64,000 nt of DNA from Treponemataceae bacterium (GCA_045597345.1 JAZLJW010000047.1:26437-90436); one strand, 5' to 3'. Counted from the stretch's first letter, positions 52,721 to 62,597 are shown. The notes: generated by a model not told the origin, from the letters alone. Made by a program: numbers and translations.

Positions 52721-54127
52721 ATGATGGAAGCTGTTCAGGATTCAGTTCAGGCTTTGAACGAAGAAATTGCAGAAGAACGCAAAGAACAGGCAATTAACTA
52801 TGATTTCAAAATGGTAGCCTTCTCCCTTGCTGGAAAAGACTATGCCATTGATATCATGAAAGTTAAGGAAATTGCCAAGGCTGGAAACTTCACCTATGTT
52901 CCCAATACGTCACCTTTCGTTCTTGGTGTGTATAACTTACGTGGTGAAATTATCCCTATTCTTGACCTGCGTCTCTTCTTTAATATTGATATGCCGGAAC
53001 GCAAAGGCGATGAAATTGAAAATATGATTATCGTAGGCGTTGGTGATCAGTGTTTTGGTGTTGTAATTGATGTAATTGACCGCGTTGTTGGCGTTCAGAA
53101 AAGTTCAATACAGCCACCACACCCACTGTTTGGTGATATCAGTATTAAATACATTCAGGGTGTAGTTGAAAGCAATGGCCATTTATACATCCTTTTGGAT
53201 GTAGACCGGATTTTTGGAACAAAATCGGCAGAAGCTCCTGCTGAAGAAAATCGTCCATTAGCTGGCATTGCAGTGGATGCTCCTGCAGCCCCAGCGGCTC
53301 AACCTGCAGCAGCATCACGGCCTGCTCCGGCAGCTTCACCTGCGCCCGCAGCTGCTCGTCCAGCACCTGCAGCAGCTCCTGCTGAAGAGGACGTTAACAT
53401 TGGATTTGTTGAAGAAAGTCTTAAAAGCTACAGAAAGTTCTCTGTAAGCGACGTTAATACTTCATGGGTTCAGAATCGCATGAGAGAATGGACCGGATTG
53501 AAGGGTAAAGATAACGTTCAGCTGAATAGTGAACGGGATGCTGATGAATTTTTGAGTACTTTCTATTCACAGAATACCGGTGCGTTGTGGACTGAGGCTT
53601 ATGCTAATGAGTTGTATAAAGCTCTTCCAGATAACAGTGCTCATCAGATTACTGTTTGGAACCCTGGTTGTGGGAAAGGCTTTGAATCTTACTCTTTGGC
53701 ATGTGTTCTTGCCAAACGGTATCCGGAAGCTAAAATCAAGATTTTTGCGCAGGATGTTGACCTGTTGAGTGTTTCAAATGCTCCATTGCTGCAGATTCCA
53801 CCGGAAGCTGCTGGCTCTTGGCTGAAACAGTTTGTTACTAAAACAGTGTCGGGGGCCTATGCCTTTATTCAGAACATTAAAGATGCAGTAATGTTCGAAT
53901 ATCATGACTGCCTGAATACCAGTGCTATGCCGCCAGTAGATATCGTATTCACCCGCGATACGTTGTCATTCCTGACTGGACAGGCTCAGAACACATTACT
54001 GGCAGATTTGCCGGAAAAAATTAAGGGAAATGGTATTGTCATTGTTGGTGAAAACGAAGTTCTTCCTGACAGTACAATTTGGCATACTAGAAAATCTGGC
54101 TCGCTTGTAGTTTACAGCAAGCAGTAA
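52721..54127 (+). CDS. cheW: CheW domain fused to a CheR-like SAM-methyltransferase-fold domain
   Basis: 'FSLAGKDYAIDIMKVKEI..VLGVYNLRGEIIPILDLR' (CheW), a PA-rich linker, then 'VWNPGCGKGFESYSLACVL' (CheR-like GCxxGxExYS motif). Confidence 0.8.
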   Translation: MMEAVQDSVQALNEEIAEERKEQAINYDFKMVAFSLAGKDYAIDIMKVKEIAKAGNFTYVPNTSPFVLGVYNLRGEIIPILDLRLFFNIDMPERKGDEIENMIIVGVGDQCFGVVIDVIDRVVGVQKSSIQPPHPLFGDISIKYIQGVVESNGHLYILLDVDRIFGTKSAEAPAEENRPLAGIAVDAPAAPAAQPAAASRPAPAASPAPAAARPAPAAAPAEEDVNIGFVEESLKSYRKFSVSDVNTSWVQNRMREWTGLKGKDNVQLNSERDADEFLSTFYSQNTGALWTEAYANELYKALPDNSAHQITVWNPGCGKGFESYSLACVLAKRYPEAKIKIFAQDVDLLSVSNAPLLQIPPEAAGSWLKQFVTKTVSGAYAFIQNIKDAVMFEYHDCLNTSAMPPVDIVFTRDTLSFLTGQAQNTLLADLPEKIKGNGIVIVGENEVLPDSTIWHTRKSGSLVVYSKQ

Positions 54128-54151
54128 AACTAAAGATAAAGGAGTGTTAAG

Positions 54152-54616
54152 ATGCGTGTTGAATACATAAACCCGTTCGTAGAAACAGCATTTAATATGC
54201 TTAAAGAAGTTCTTGGCGGCGAAGTTAAAAGAGGTGATTTGTATCTGAAATCAACTTCTCAGCCTGTAATGGGTGTTGCTGCTTTAGTTGGTTTGGCAGG
54301 GGATGTAGAAGGTCGTGTTCTGTTTGACATGTCGATGGAAACTGCCCTTAATATTGCTTCTACCATGAATATGGAAAAACTTACTCAGTTTGACGATTTG
54401 GCAAAGGCCACTATTACAGAGCTTGCAAATCTTATTACTGCTCAGGCTGTTACAAAACTGCAGGATTTGGGATTCCGCTTTGACCTGACTCCTCCAGCGC
54501 TGTTTACTGGTGCTCAGATGGAAATTTCTGACCGCGAAGTAGAAGCACTGATTGTTCCAATGCTTACTGATCAGGGTAAAGTTGAAGTAAACGTTGCAAT
54601 CCGCGAACGCATGTAA
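54152..54616 (+). CDS. cheX: CheX-type CheY-P phosphatase
   Basis: 'MRVEYINPFVETAFNMLKEVLG'. 154 aa, positioned between cheW and cheY as in Treponema/Borrelia operons. Confidence 0.75.
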   Translation: MRVEYINPFVETAFNMLKEVLGGEVKRGDLYLKSTSQPVMGVAALVGLAGDVEGRVLFDMSMETALNIASTMNMEKLTQFDDLAKATITELANLITAQAVTKLQDLGFRFDLTPPALFTGAQMEISDREVEALIVPMLTDQGKVEVNVAIRERM

Positions 54617-54639
54617 TACAATTAAAGAGGTGTTAGATT

Positions 54640-55074
54640 ATGAAGACTAAACAGGATTTCCCTTCAATTAACGAAAGACCGCCGGAAGGCTTGAAAGATG
54701 ACGGAACCAAAGTTCGCGTTTTGGTTGTAGACGATTCTATCTTCGTTGCAAAACAGCTGGGACAGATTCTTACCTCTGAAGGTTATGAAGTTGTAGCTAC
54801 TGCAGAAGACGGAAAAGAAGGTGTAGATAAATACAAGGAACTGTGTCCTAATGTAGATATCGTAACCATGGATATTACCATGCCAAAAATGGATGGTATT
54901 ACCGCATTGGAACACATTATGGCTTTTGATAAGAATGCACGCGTTGTAATGGTTTCTGCACTGGGAAAAGAAGAACTGGTTAAAAAATCATTGCTTCTTG
55001 GTGCAAAAAACTACATTGTTAAACCTCTGGACCGTAAAAAGGTACTGGAAAGAATTGGTGCTTCTCTGAAATAG
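54640..55074 (+). CDS. cheY: chemotaxis response regulator CheY
   Basis: 'VLVVDDS', 'VTMDITMPKMDG' and 'NYIVKP'. Single receiver domain. Confidence 0.85.
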   Translation: MKTKQDFPSINERPPEGLKDDGTKVRVLVVDDSIFVAKQLGQILTSEGYEVVATAEDGKEGVDKYKELCPNVDIVTMDITMPKMDGITALEHIMAFDKNARVVMVSALGKEELVKKSLLLGAKNYIVKPLDRKKVLERIGASLK

Positions 55075-55093
55075 TCAGATAGTATTCTGTAAT

Positions 55094-55133
55094 AAAGCTG
55101 CCAGGTTGGATGTATCCGCTGGCAGCTTTTTTT
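55094..55133 (+). terminator. rho-independent terminator of the che operon
   Basis: AAAGCTGCCAG-N15-CTGGCAGCTTT followed by TTTTT. Confidence 0.8.
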
Positions 55134-55159
55134 ATGTTGTGTACTGTAAAGTATTGCAT

Positions 55160-55190
55160 CAAAAAAAGGGGCTGCCTAAGGCAGTCCCTT
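55160..55190 (-). terminator. rho-independent terminator of efp
   Basis: The minus strand reads AGGGACTGCC-tta-GGCAGCCCCT followed by TTTTTT (7-T run including the last stem base). Confidence 0.75.
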
Positions 55191-55258
55191 TGTGCTGAAA
55201 AGATTACTTCGACAGACTCAGCAACCCTTCATAAAGATAGTTGGAACAACTAAAAAAG

Positions 55259-55825
55259 TCAGTTGTTTACGCGTTCCAGGTATTCGTTGGTTTCAGTGTT
55301 AACGCGGATTTTTTCATCCTGGTTAATGAACAGTGGAACACGAACGGTAAGACCAGTTTCGGTAATGATAGGTTTGGTTGCACCTGAAACAGTATCACCT
55401 TTAACGTAGTTTTCACTTTCAGCAACGGTGAATACCATTTTCTGTGGAATTTTAACGTCAATTGGGTTTTCTTCCCAAATAACGATAGGATATTCTTCAC
55501 CTTCTTTCAGGTAGTACTTCAGGTTTTCGTTCATGCTCAGTGGAACGTTAATGGTTTCGAAAGAAGAAGTATCCATAAAGATGTAGTTGTCGCTGTCCAT
55601 GTACTGGTACTGAGCGGTAATGGTATCTACAGTTGCATCTTCAACCATATCTGGGGTTTTGAAAACCTGCTGGCTGAGAACTGATCCATCTTTAAGGTTC
55701 TTGAGCTTACAGCGGGCAAATGCGGTTCCTTTTCCTGGGTTAACAAATTCGCGTTCTACTACGAGATAAGGAGCGTTCTTAATCAGAAGAACGGTGCCTT
55801 TATTGATATCGCCACCTCTAATCAT
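55259..55825 (-). CDS. efp: elongation factor P
   Basis: 'VVEREFVNPGKGTAFARCKLKNL' with the conserved modifiable Lys in PGKG. 188 aa. SD GGAGGA. Confidence 0.9.
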   Translation of the reverse strand: MIRGGDINKGTVLLIKNAPYLVVEREFVNPGKGTAFARCKLKNLKDGSVLSQQVFKTPDMVEDATVDTITAQYQYMDSDNYIFMDTSSFETINVPLSMNENLKYYLKEGEEYPIVIWEENPIDVKIPQKMVFTVAESENYVKGDTVSGATKPIITETGLTVRVPLFINQDEKIRVNTETNEYLERVNN

Positions 55826-55879
55826 GGGGGTCCTCCAAAAGAAAAAATCATGTAATTATACACAAAGTATGTACGTTTC

Positions 55880-56905
55880 TCAATAGTACCCCGCTTTTAA
55901 GCGGAAAGGAAATGGTAGAACGCTTTCTATTGATTTTTTACCGGCAAGAACCATCAGCAGACGGTCAACTCCCATGGCAACACCGGAACATTTGGGAAAG
56001 TCTGCAAATGTTTTGTAGTAATCAGGATCAATGGCGTGGGGGATTCTAGCCAGCTCATTTTTTAGCCGGCCTTCAATATCAAAATAAGCCTTTACTTTCT
56101 CTGCATCGGTTTCTTCAGAGTAGCAGTTAGCAAGTTCTATTCCGCGTGCATACAGTTCCCAGCGTTCTTTCCACAGGGGACTGCCATCGTCTGCTGCCGG
56201 TACATCCTGAGCAAGGCAGGGAACCTTTGCCGGATAATCCATCAGGAATACCGCTTTATCCTGGGGCAGGTTCGGTTCTATGCATTGCACAAGGATCAGT
56301 TCATACAAGTCATCCCAGGGCCAGGTGTCAAAGTTGCTGTCTTCCAGTTCCGTAATGCCAAGGCGGCGTGCTTCCCGGGCAAGATCATGGTTTGACGGAC
56401 ACTCTGAAAGGCGGAACCCGGCATAGCGGACAAAGGCATCGTCCATGGTAAGACGGGTAAATGGAGGGCGGATATCGGCAAACTGGTCAGAAGTTCCGTC
56501 TGTGGGGACTGGAGGAAGCAGAGCGTCAAAAAGCTGTTCCGTAAGGATAAGTGAATCTTTATAGTCTGCACCCATGGTGTAATATTCCAGCATGGTAAAC
56601 TCAGGACTGTGGGTGCGGCCTACTGATTCTACATTGCGGTAACATTTTGAAAGCTGAAAACAGCTCACCTTGTGCTGGGCAATGATTTTTTTTATGAAAA
56701 TTTCCGGAGAAGGTACCAGATATACTGGTTTTTCCTGATTTGTCCATGGTTCAAGATAATTTGAGGTAAAAACTTCAAGACAGGTTTCTGGAATAAGATT
56801 GGGGCTCATGGCCGGGGTGTCAAGTTCCAGATAGGAGCGGTCAATAAAAAAGTTGCGCACAGCCTGTAGTTTTGCAGCGCGGAATTGTAATAACTCTAAA
56901 TCCAT
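55880..56905 (-). CDS. epmA: EF-P lysine aminoacylase (GenX/PoxA, class-II LysRS paralog)
   Basis: 'AVRNFFIDRSYLELDTPAMS' (motif 1), 'FTMLEYY' (motif 2) and 'GVAMGVDRLLM' (motif 3). No anticodon-binding domain. Adjacent to efp. Confidence 0.7.
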   Translation of the reverse strand: MDLELLQFRAAKLQAVRNFFIDRSYLELDTPAMSPNLIPETCLEVFTSNYLEPWTNQEKPVYLVPSPEIFIKKIIAQHKVSCFQLSKCYRNVESVGRTHSPEFTMLEYYTMGADYKDSLILTEQLFDALLPPVPTDGTSDQFADIRPPFTRLTMDDAFVRYAGFRLSECPSNHDLAREARRLGITELEDSNFDTWPWDDLYELILVQCIEPNLPQDKAVFLMDYPAKVPCLAQDVPAADDGSPLWKERWELYARGIELANCYSEETDAEKVKAYFDIEGRLKNELARIPHAIDPDYYKTFADFPKCSGVAMGVDRLLMVLAGKKSIESVLPFPFRLKAGYY

Positions 56906-56968
56906 AGGGGGAGTGTATCACATCAAAAGTGGACAAAAAAGACATGAGAAGATACAATTTTTAAAGAT

Positions 56969-57973
56969 ATGATACGCGTTTTATTAGTTGATGACAGTGC
57001 TATTATCCGGACTACGCTCCGCCATATTTTAGGCAAGCATGCCGATCTGGAAATTGTAGGTTTTGCTGCAAACGGAGAGGAAGCTGTCCGCCAGAACAGA
57101 ATTCTGAAACCTGATGTAATCATCATGGATATTTACATGCCTGTGCTTGATGGTATTGAAGCTACCAAACGAATCATGCGCGAGCAGCCTACCTCAATCA
57201 TCATATATTCATCTGAAGATACCGCTCGCATGGGTTATACGGCTATGGAAGCCGGTGCCCTGGATATGATAAAAAAACCGGATATTGATAGCGTTACCTC
57301 CGGTTTTTACGATGGCTTCATCCAGCGGATTATAGCTCTTGCGCCCAAAGAAAACCTGCTGGATAAATCAGCTGTCAGAAAGCCGGATCCTATTCCCTCA
57401 AAAGGCGATTACCGTGCATTGTTCATCGGTGCTTCTACCGGTGGACCGGTTGCCGTACAGAAAGTACTTGCCGGTTTGGGAACCAGTTTTCCGTTGCCTA
57501 TTTTTATTACCCAACATATTGATAAAAGCTTTGACGGTCATTATGCCGACTGGCTTGCAGATACTACGTCTGTACCGACAGAACTGGCTAAAGAAAGTGC
57601 CATTGCCTTTCCGGGACATGCTTACGTTGCTCCGGCGGGATATCATCTCCACTTTATCTTTACTTCTGATGGTATCAGGATGCACCTTGATCAGGGTCCT
57701 GAAGAACACTTTCTGCGTCCTGCCGTTGACCCCATGTTTCGTTCTGCGGCCAGTCTGAAAGGAGAATGCCTTGCTGTTCTCTTGACGGGTATGGGCCGTG
57801 ATGGAGCGGATGGTGCTCTTGCCATTCATAATGCAGGTGGGTATGTCATAACCGAAAGCGAAGAAACCTGTGTTGTGTATGGAATGCCTAAAGCAGCAGA
57901 TGATCTGGGTGCAAGCTCTCAATCATTACGTCTTGAAAAAATTGCTGCATACGTAAATGGTATGGTCAGGTAA
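56969..57973 (+). CDS. cheB: protein-glutamate methylesterase CheB
   Basis: Receiver 'VLLVDDSAIIR..IIMDIYMPVLDG'. Esterase 'IGASTGGP', 'QHIDKSF' and 'LLTGMGRDG'. Confidence 0.85.
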   Translation: MIRVLLVDDSAIIRTTLRHILGKHADLEIVGFAANGEEAVRQNRILKPDVIIMDIYMPVLDGIEATKRIMREQPTSIIIYSSEDTARMGYTAMEAGALDMIKKPDIDSVTSGFYDGFIQRIIALAPKENLLDKSAVRKPDPIPSKGDYRALFIGASTGGPVAVQKVLAGLGTSFPLPIFITQHIDKSFDGHYADWLADTTSVPTELAKESAIAFPGHAYVAPAGYHLHFIFTSDGIRMHLDQGPEEHFLRPAVDPMFRSAASLKGECLAVLLTGMGRDGADGALAIHNAGGYVITESEETCVVYGMPKAADDLGASSQSLRLEKIAAYVNGMVR

Positions 57974-57982
57974 TTACCATAT

Positions 57983-58690
57983 ATGGGTCAGCCAAAACTT
58001 TTCAGTATCATTGATAAAGCCTGTTACGATTACCGGCTGATAGAAGAAGGCGATACTATTCTGATTGGTGCCAGTGGAGGAAAGGATTCTACGGCGCTGG
58101 TGGAGTATTTTGCAGCCCGACAGAAGCAGCATCGTGAAAACTTTTCATTTACGGCATTGCATGTGGAATCGGGAATCGGGTCGCCATTGAATCCAGAGCT
58201 GGTAGAGTTGTTTCATTCGTGGGGTGTTGAGCCGGTAACCATAGATGTTGATGTTCTTGGACGATTGAAGCCGGGGCAGAAGATGAACTGCTGGTGGTGT
58301 TCTACCCAGCGGCGCACCGAACTGAATAATTACGCCATAGAACATGGGTTCAACAAAATAGCTTTAGGGCACCATCTGGACGATATTCTTGAAACGGTGC
58401 TGATGAATGCCCTGGTTAAGGGTGAGCTTTCTACCATGCCGCCCCGTCTGAAATACGATAAGTATCCTGTAGAGATTATCCGGCCCCTGTGTTACGCCGA
58501 TGTACAGACCATTATCCGTCACAGCGAATCAGCCGGCTATATCAATGCCACCTGTACCTGCAATTACCAGGACAACAGCGGCCGAAAAACCGCCCGCAGC
58601 AAACTGGAACTGTTGACCGGTGGCAGCCTGAAAGAGAAGCAGCACCTGTTCAACGCCCTGCGCAACGTGCGGCCTGATTACCTGCCGTAA
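57983..58690 (+). CDS. PP-loop ATPase, TtcA-like tRNA thiolation protein
   Basis: 'GASGGKDS' PP-loop, 'CWWC' and 'ALGHHLDDILET'. Confidence 0.6.
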   Translation: MGQPKLFSIIDKACYDYRLIEEGDTILIGASGGKDSTALVEYFAARQKQHRENFSFTALHVESGIGSPLNPELVELFHSWGVEPVTIDVDVLGRLKPGQKMNCWWCSTQRRTELNNYAIEHGFNKIALGHHLDDILETVLMNALVKGELSTMPPRLKYDKYPVEIIRPLCYADVQTIIRHSESAGYINATCTCNYQDNSGRKTARSKLELLTGGSLKEKQHLFNALRNVRPDYLP

Positions 58691-58693
58691 CTG

Positions 58694-60349
58694 TCAGTAC
58701 TTAAACTCGCTGCCACCGATGAATTCGCGGATGATGCTCTGTCCCGGAACATAGGTTGCAGGAATGGTGTAGAAGTTGTTCAGGAACTGCAGCAGACGGC
58801 TTGCTTCTGCGTATTCCGGTTCAAACGGTGTTACGCAGCGGAGCAGTGGAGCGGCATACACCCTAAGCACTGCCAGTTCATAGTCCAGTGCTGTGTTCAG
58901 CATGGCATCGGCATTGTTCTGGAACGGGAAAATATGCAGCCGTTCACCCCGCTGAACTGAGGGCCACATTTTGATGGTATCTGCTGCAGACTTTCCACGG
59001 AACTGACTGTCACGGACAATACGGCGGACAAGGCGGTTATCGCTGGTGGAAATTCGGTTGTGGTCATCCAGATTCAGCTGGGTCAGGGCACTCAGGTAAA
59101 TCTTGAACTTCTGTTCCGGCGCAATAAGCGGTGTCAGCTTATCGTTCAATCCATGAATACCTTCCATAACCAGAATATCGTTCTTTTCCATATGAATCGG
59201 CTTGTTCAGGTAATACTGCTTGCCTTCCCGGAAATCATAATTAGGAAGATCCACCTCTTTTCCTGCAAACAGATCTACCAGATTCCGGTTCAGCTGTTCT
59301 ACATCAAGAGCTTCCAGGCATTCATAGTCATAATCGCCATTTTCATCCCGGGGAGTTTTGGTCCGGTCTACATAATAGTTATCCAGACTGATGACATGGG
59401 GATTATATCCCAGAATCTGCAGCTGGATGGCCAGTTTTTTAGACGATGTGGTCTTGCCTGAACTTGAAGGACCTGCGATAAGAACTACTTTTGCTTCTCC
59501 GTGGGCTTTTACCTGATCGGCAACGTTGGCAAAGTTCTTGTTCTGCTGGGTTTCCGTAACATTGATGTAATCCTTTGTTTTACGGCGATATACCAGGTCA
59601 TTCAAATCTGCAACGCAGGTTACATCCATCATCTTTCCCCATTCTTTGTAATGACGGTATACATTGAACAGCTTTGGGCTGTCTTCAAACGGGGGCATCC
59701 GGTCAGGATTTCCGGTGGACGGGAATTGCAGCAGGAAGCCCTTATCATAAGCCATCAGGTCAAAAAGTTTGACCTTCCCGGTAGATTGGAGTAAGGGTGC
59801 GTAGTAAATATCTGAAAAACCATCCAGGGTATTTACGGAGATTACGGGTCTGGCAAGAAATTTCAGCTGATTGCGTGTCTGAATCAGATTCTGTTTTTCA
59901 AATAGTGCTATGGCTTCTTTGTACGAAATAACATTCCGCTCAATGACCTTATCAGCATCAATAAGATTCTGCATGGCCTTTTTCATGGCCGCAATGTCTT
60001 CATCGGTAATAGGGCGGAAATCTTCCAGCGTGTAGTAGAATCCATAACCAAGACTATGCCCGATTACCAGTCGTGCTTCCGGGAAAAGTTTTGTAGTGAC
60101 TGATGAAAGCATGAAGCAGAGGGTTCTGCGGTACATTTCGGAGCCTTCTTTTGTCTGTGCAAGAACAGGGGCAACGTCAGACGAAACCTGTATAGGCTGA
60201 GAAAGGGGGTAAATTTCATTATTGACACGAATAGCGTAAATATCATCAGCAGATTCGGTAAAGTATTGAAGAAGATCAAATCCGGTAATGCCGACTTTTG
60301 TGTGTATTGTATTTCCCTGAGGAAATGTAATGATAATGTCTGTATTCAT
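58694..60349 (-). CDS. uridine-kinase/PRK-family nucleoside kinase with an N-terminal TGS/ThrRS-like domain
   Basis: 'VLIAGPSSSGKTTSSKKL' P-loop and 'VMEGIHGLN'. The N-terminus, with 'GHSLGYGFYY', resembles the ThrRS second additional domain. Confidence 0.6.
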   Translation of the reverse strand: MNTDIIITFPQGNTIHTKVGITGFDLLQYFTESADDIYAIRVNNEIYPLSQPIQVSSDVAPVLAQTKEGSEMYRRTLCFMLSSVTTKLFPEARLVIGHSLGYGFYYTLEDFRPITDEDIAAMKKAMQNLIDADKVIERNVISYKEAIALFEKQNLIQTRNQLKFLARPVISVNTLDGFSDIYYAPLLQSTGKVKLFDLMAYDKGFLLQFPSTGNPDRMPPFEDSPKLFNVYRHYKEWGKMMDVTCVADLNDLVYRRKTKDYINVTETQQNKNFANVADQVKAHGEAKVVLIAGPSSSGKTTSSKKLAIQLQILGYNPHVISLDNYYVDRTKTPRDENGDYDYECLEALDVEQLNRNLVDLFAGKEVDLPNYDFREGKQYYLNKPIHMEKNDILVMEGIHGLNDKLTPLIAPEQKFKIYLSALTQLNLDDHNRISTSDNRLVRRIVRDSQFRGKSAADTIKMWPSVQRGERLHIFPFQNNADAMLNTALDYELAVLRVYAAPLLRCVTPFEPEYAEASRLLQFLNNFYTIPATYVPGQSIIREFIGGSEFKY

Positions 60350-60491
60350 GATGACAGTGTAGGGCAGAGTGCTATTGATTTCAAAAAAGGTAGGAAAATG
60401 AAGCGGACAGCGTAATTTTATGGCTTTTATGCGAAAGTTTTTACCTACGGTTCAGGTATGAATTAAGTGTATTTTCTCGTATAATAACAGT

Positions 60492-62069
60492 ATGAATGTA
60501 AGTAACAGTGTTTCAATTCTGGATTCTTCCCTTCGGGATGGTGCTCAGGCAGAGGGTATCAGTTTTTCTGTTCGGGATAAGTTGTCAATAGTCGGGATCC
60601 TTGATGATCTGGGCGTTGCATATATTGAAGCAGGAAACCCCAGCAGTAACCCGAAAGATACCGAATTTTTCAATGAAGCAAAAAAACTGTCACTCACTAA
60701 TGCTCAGCTGTGTGCATTTGGTTCAACACGTAGAAAAGGAAAATCGTGCAGGAATGATGCAGGTCTTAACAGCCTTTTGCAGGCTGAGACTGAGACTGTA
60801 ACGATTTTTGGAAAATCCTGGCTGTTTCAGGTAACGGATATTCTGGGCGCTACTGCTGAAGAAAACCTTGATATGATTCGGGAGTCTGTTCAGTATTTAA
60901 CGGAACATGGGCGGACCGTTCTATATGATGCTGAACACTTTTTTGACGGATGGAAGTTCAACGGCGAATATGCGCTGCGTTCTCTGGAGGCTGCTGTAGA
61001 AGGTGGTGCGAAAGTACTGAGTCTGTGCGATACAAAAGGCGGATCCATGACCATGGATGTATACCATGTGGTTCAGGCGGTGCAGCGCCGGTTAGGTGGT
61101 CGGGTTGAAATAGGGGTGCACATGCACGATGACTGTGGGCTTGCTGTTGCAAACTCCCTTATGGGAGTGCAGGCTGGAGCCAGTCATGTACAGGGTACAC
61201 TTTTAGGATTTGGAGAACGGGCAGGAAATGCCAATCTGAGTGCCATTATTGCCAATCTGGAGTTGAAGCTGGGATACCAGTGTCTGCCTGCAGGGCATGT
61301 TGCCAATCTTACCCCGTTGTGCTACCGGCTGGCAGAAGTTACCAATATTTCCGTTAATGACGGTATGCCCTACATCGGTGGTAATGCTTTTGCTCATAAA
61401 GCCGGCATGCATACTGATGCCGTCATCAAAAATCCTATAGCCTATGAGCACGTTAAGCCGGAAAGTATCGGTAACAGCCGCACGTTGCTGCTCAGTGAAG
61501 TATCCGGCCGTTCCGCTGTTATCGAAAAAATTCATTCTTTTGCTCCGGAACTGACGAAAGACAGCCCGGAAGTACTGAAGATTCTCCGCCGTATAAAAGA
61601 TCTGGAACATCACGGATATCTCTTTGAAGGTGCCGACGGCAGCTTTAACCTGATGGTACGGAAAAATCTGGGAACGTACACACCGTTCTTTACTCTTGAT
61701 TACTACAAGGTAATTGGTGAGCAGAGTGGGCCGGATAATCCCAATACCAGTTTTGCACAGTTGAAAATTGAGGTTAATGGTGAAAAGACCATAACTGCCG
61801 GCGAAGGAGACGGTCCGATTCATGCGCTTGATACGGCTCTTCGTTCTGCGCTTGAAAAGTTCTATCCGGTTGTGCACACCATGCGCCTGACCGACTTTAA
61901 AGTTCGTGTTGTTGACGGAAAAGATGCAACTGCAGCCTGCGTCCGCGTACTGGTTGAATCAACTGATGGTCATGAAACCTGGACTACGGTCGGTGTTTCT
62001 ACGGACTTGATCGAAGCTTCCTGGCGTGCCCTGGTAGATTCCTTTGAGTACAAACTGAGCAATTCGTAA
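60492..62069 (+). CDS. cimA: citramalate synthase (2-isopropylmalate synthase family)
   Basis: 'LDSSLRDGAQAEG', 'HMHDDCGLAVANS' and a C-terminal LeuA-type regulatory domain. 525 aa. Confidence 0.7.
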   Translation: MNVSNSVSILDSSLRDGAQAEGISFSVRDKLSIVGILDDLGVAYIEAGNPSSNPKDTEFFNEAKKLSLTNAQLCAFGSTRRKGKSCRNDAGLNSLLQAETETVTIFGKSWLFQVTDILGATAEENLDMIRESVQYLTEHGRTVLYDAEHFFDGWKFNGEYALRSLEAAVEGGAKVLSLCDTKGGSMTMDVYHVVQAVQRRLGGRVEIGVHMHDDCGLAVANSLMGVQAGASHVQGTLLGFGERAGNANLSAIIANLELKLGYQCLPAGHVANLTPLCYRLAEVTNISVNDGMPYIGGNAFAHKAGMHTDAVIKNPIAYEHVKPESIGNSRTLLLSEVSGRSAVIEKIHSFAPELTKDSPEVLKILRRIKDLEHHGYLFEGADGSFNLMVRKNLGTYTPFFTLDYYKVIGEQSGPDNPNTSFAQLKIEVNGEKTITAGEGDGPIHALDTALRSALEKFYPVVHTMRLTDFKVRVVDGKDATAACVRVLVESTDGHETWTTVGVSTDLIEASWRALVDSFEYKLSNS

Positions 62070-62124
62070 CCGTTGACTGAAAAGCTCTGCTATCTGAATA
62101 GTGCGAATACTTGGAAAAGATGTT

Positions 62125-62248
62125 ACAAAAATCGGGAGGTGGGATGGAGACGGGCAAAAAACTGTTGAAGTCTGGCCTGGTAGTTTCCACACCAGACTTC
62201 ATCTGTAGCGACGAAAGGAGCGGTTTTGCACGTCACCAGCACGCCGGT
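62125..62248 (-). repeat. Family-D nested-palindrome element, copy 3 (inverted orientation)
   Basis: The reverse complement reads CAAAAATCTACCGGCGT..GACGTGCAAAA..CGTCGCTA..GAAGTCTGG-tgtggaaactaccagg-CCAGACTTC..TTTTTGCCCGTC..CGATTTTTG. Confidence 0.7.
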
Positions 62249-62283
62249 AGATTTTTGTATGGCACTTATGATTTGTAGTGTCT

Positions 62284-62305
62284 GAACTTTAAAAATACTA
62301 AAGTA
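62284..62305. promoter_or_regulatory. 22-nt motif GAACTTTAAAAATACTAAAGTA shared with 41939-41960
   Basis: Exact 22/22 match, read directly. It lies ~80 nt upstream of korD. Confidence 0.55.
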
Positions 62306-62387
62306 CTTTAAATATATTGAACTTTTTTACCGACCTCGCTATACTCTCGGCATATCGTAAAAAACAACTCTAAACCGGAGGTTTTAC

Positions 62388-62597
62388 ATGGCTGGACGAC
62401 CAGTTATCAATGTTGAGAGATGCAAAGGCTGTGGTCTTTGCCTTCGTGCATGTCCAAAAAAAATTCTTGAAATGTCAAAAGACACCAACGGTCAGGGTGT
62501 GAATTACCCTGTATGTACTGATGAATCACTGTGTATTGCCTGCACATTCTGCGCAACCATGTGCCCGGACTGCGCCATCGAAATTGAAAAGGACTAA
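62388..62597 (+). CDS. korD: 2-oxoacid:ferredoxin oxidoreductase delta subunit (2x[4Fe-4S] ferredoxin)
   Basis: 'CKGCGLCLRACP' and 'CIACTFCATMCP'. SD GGAGG. Confidence 0.8.
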   Translation: MAGRPVINVERCKGCGLCLRACPKKILEMSKDTNGQGVNYPVCTDESLCIACTFCATMCPDCAIEIEKD

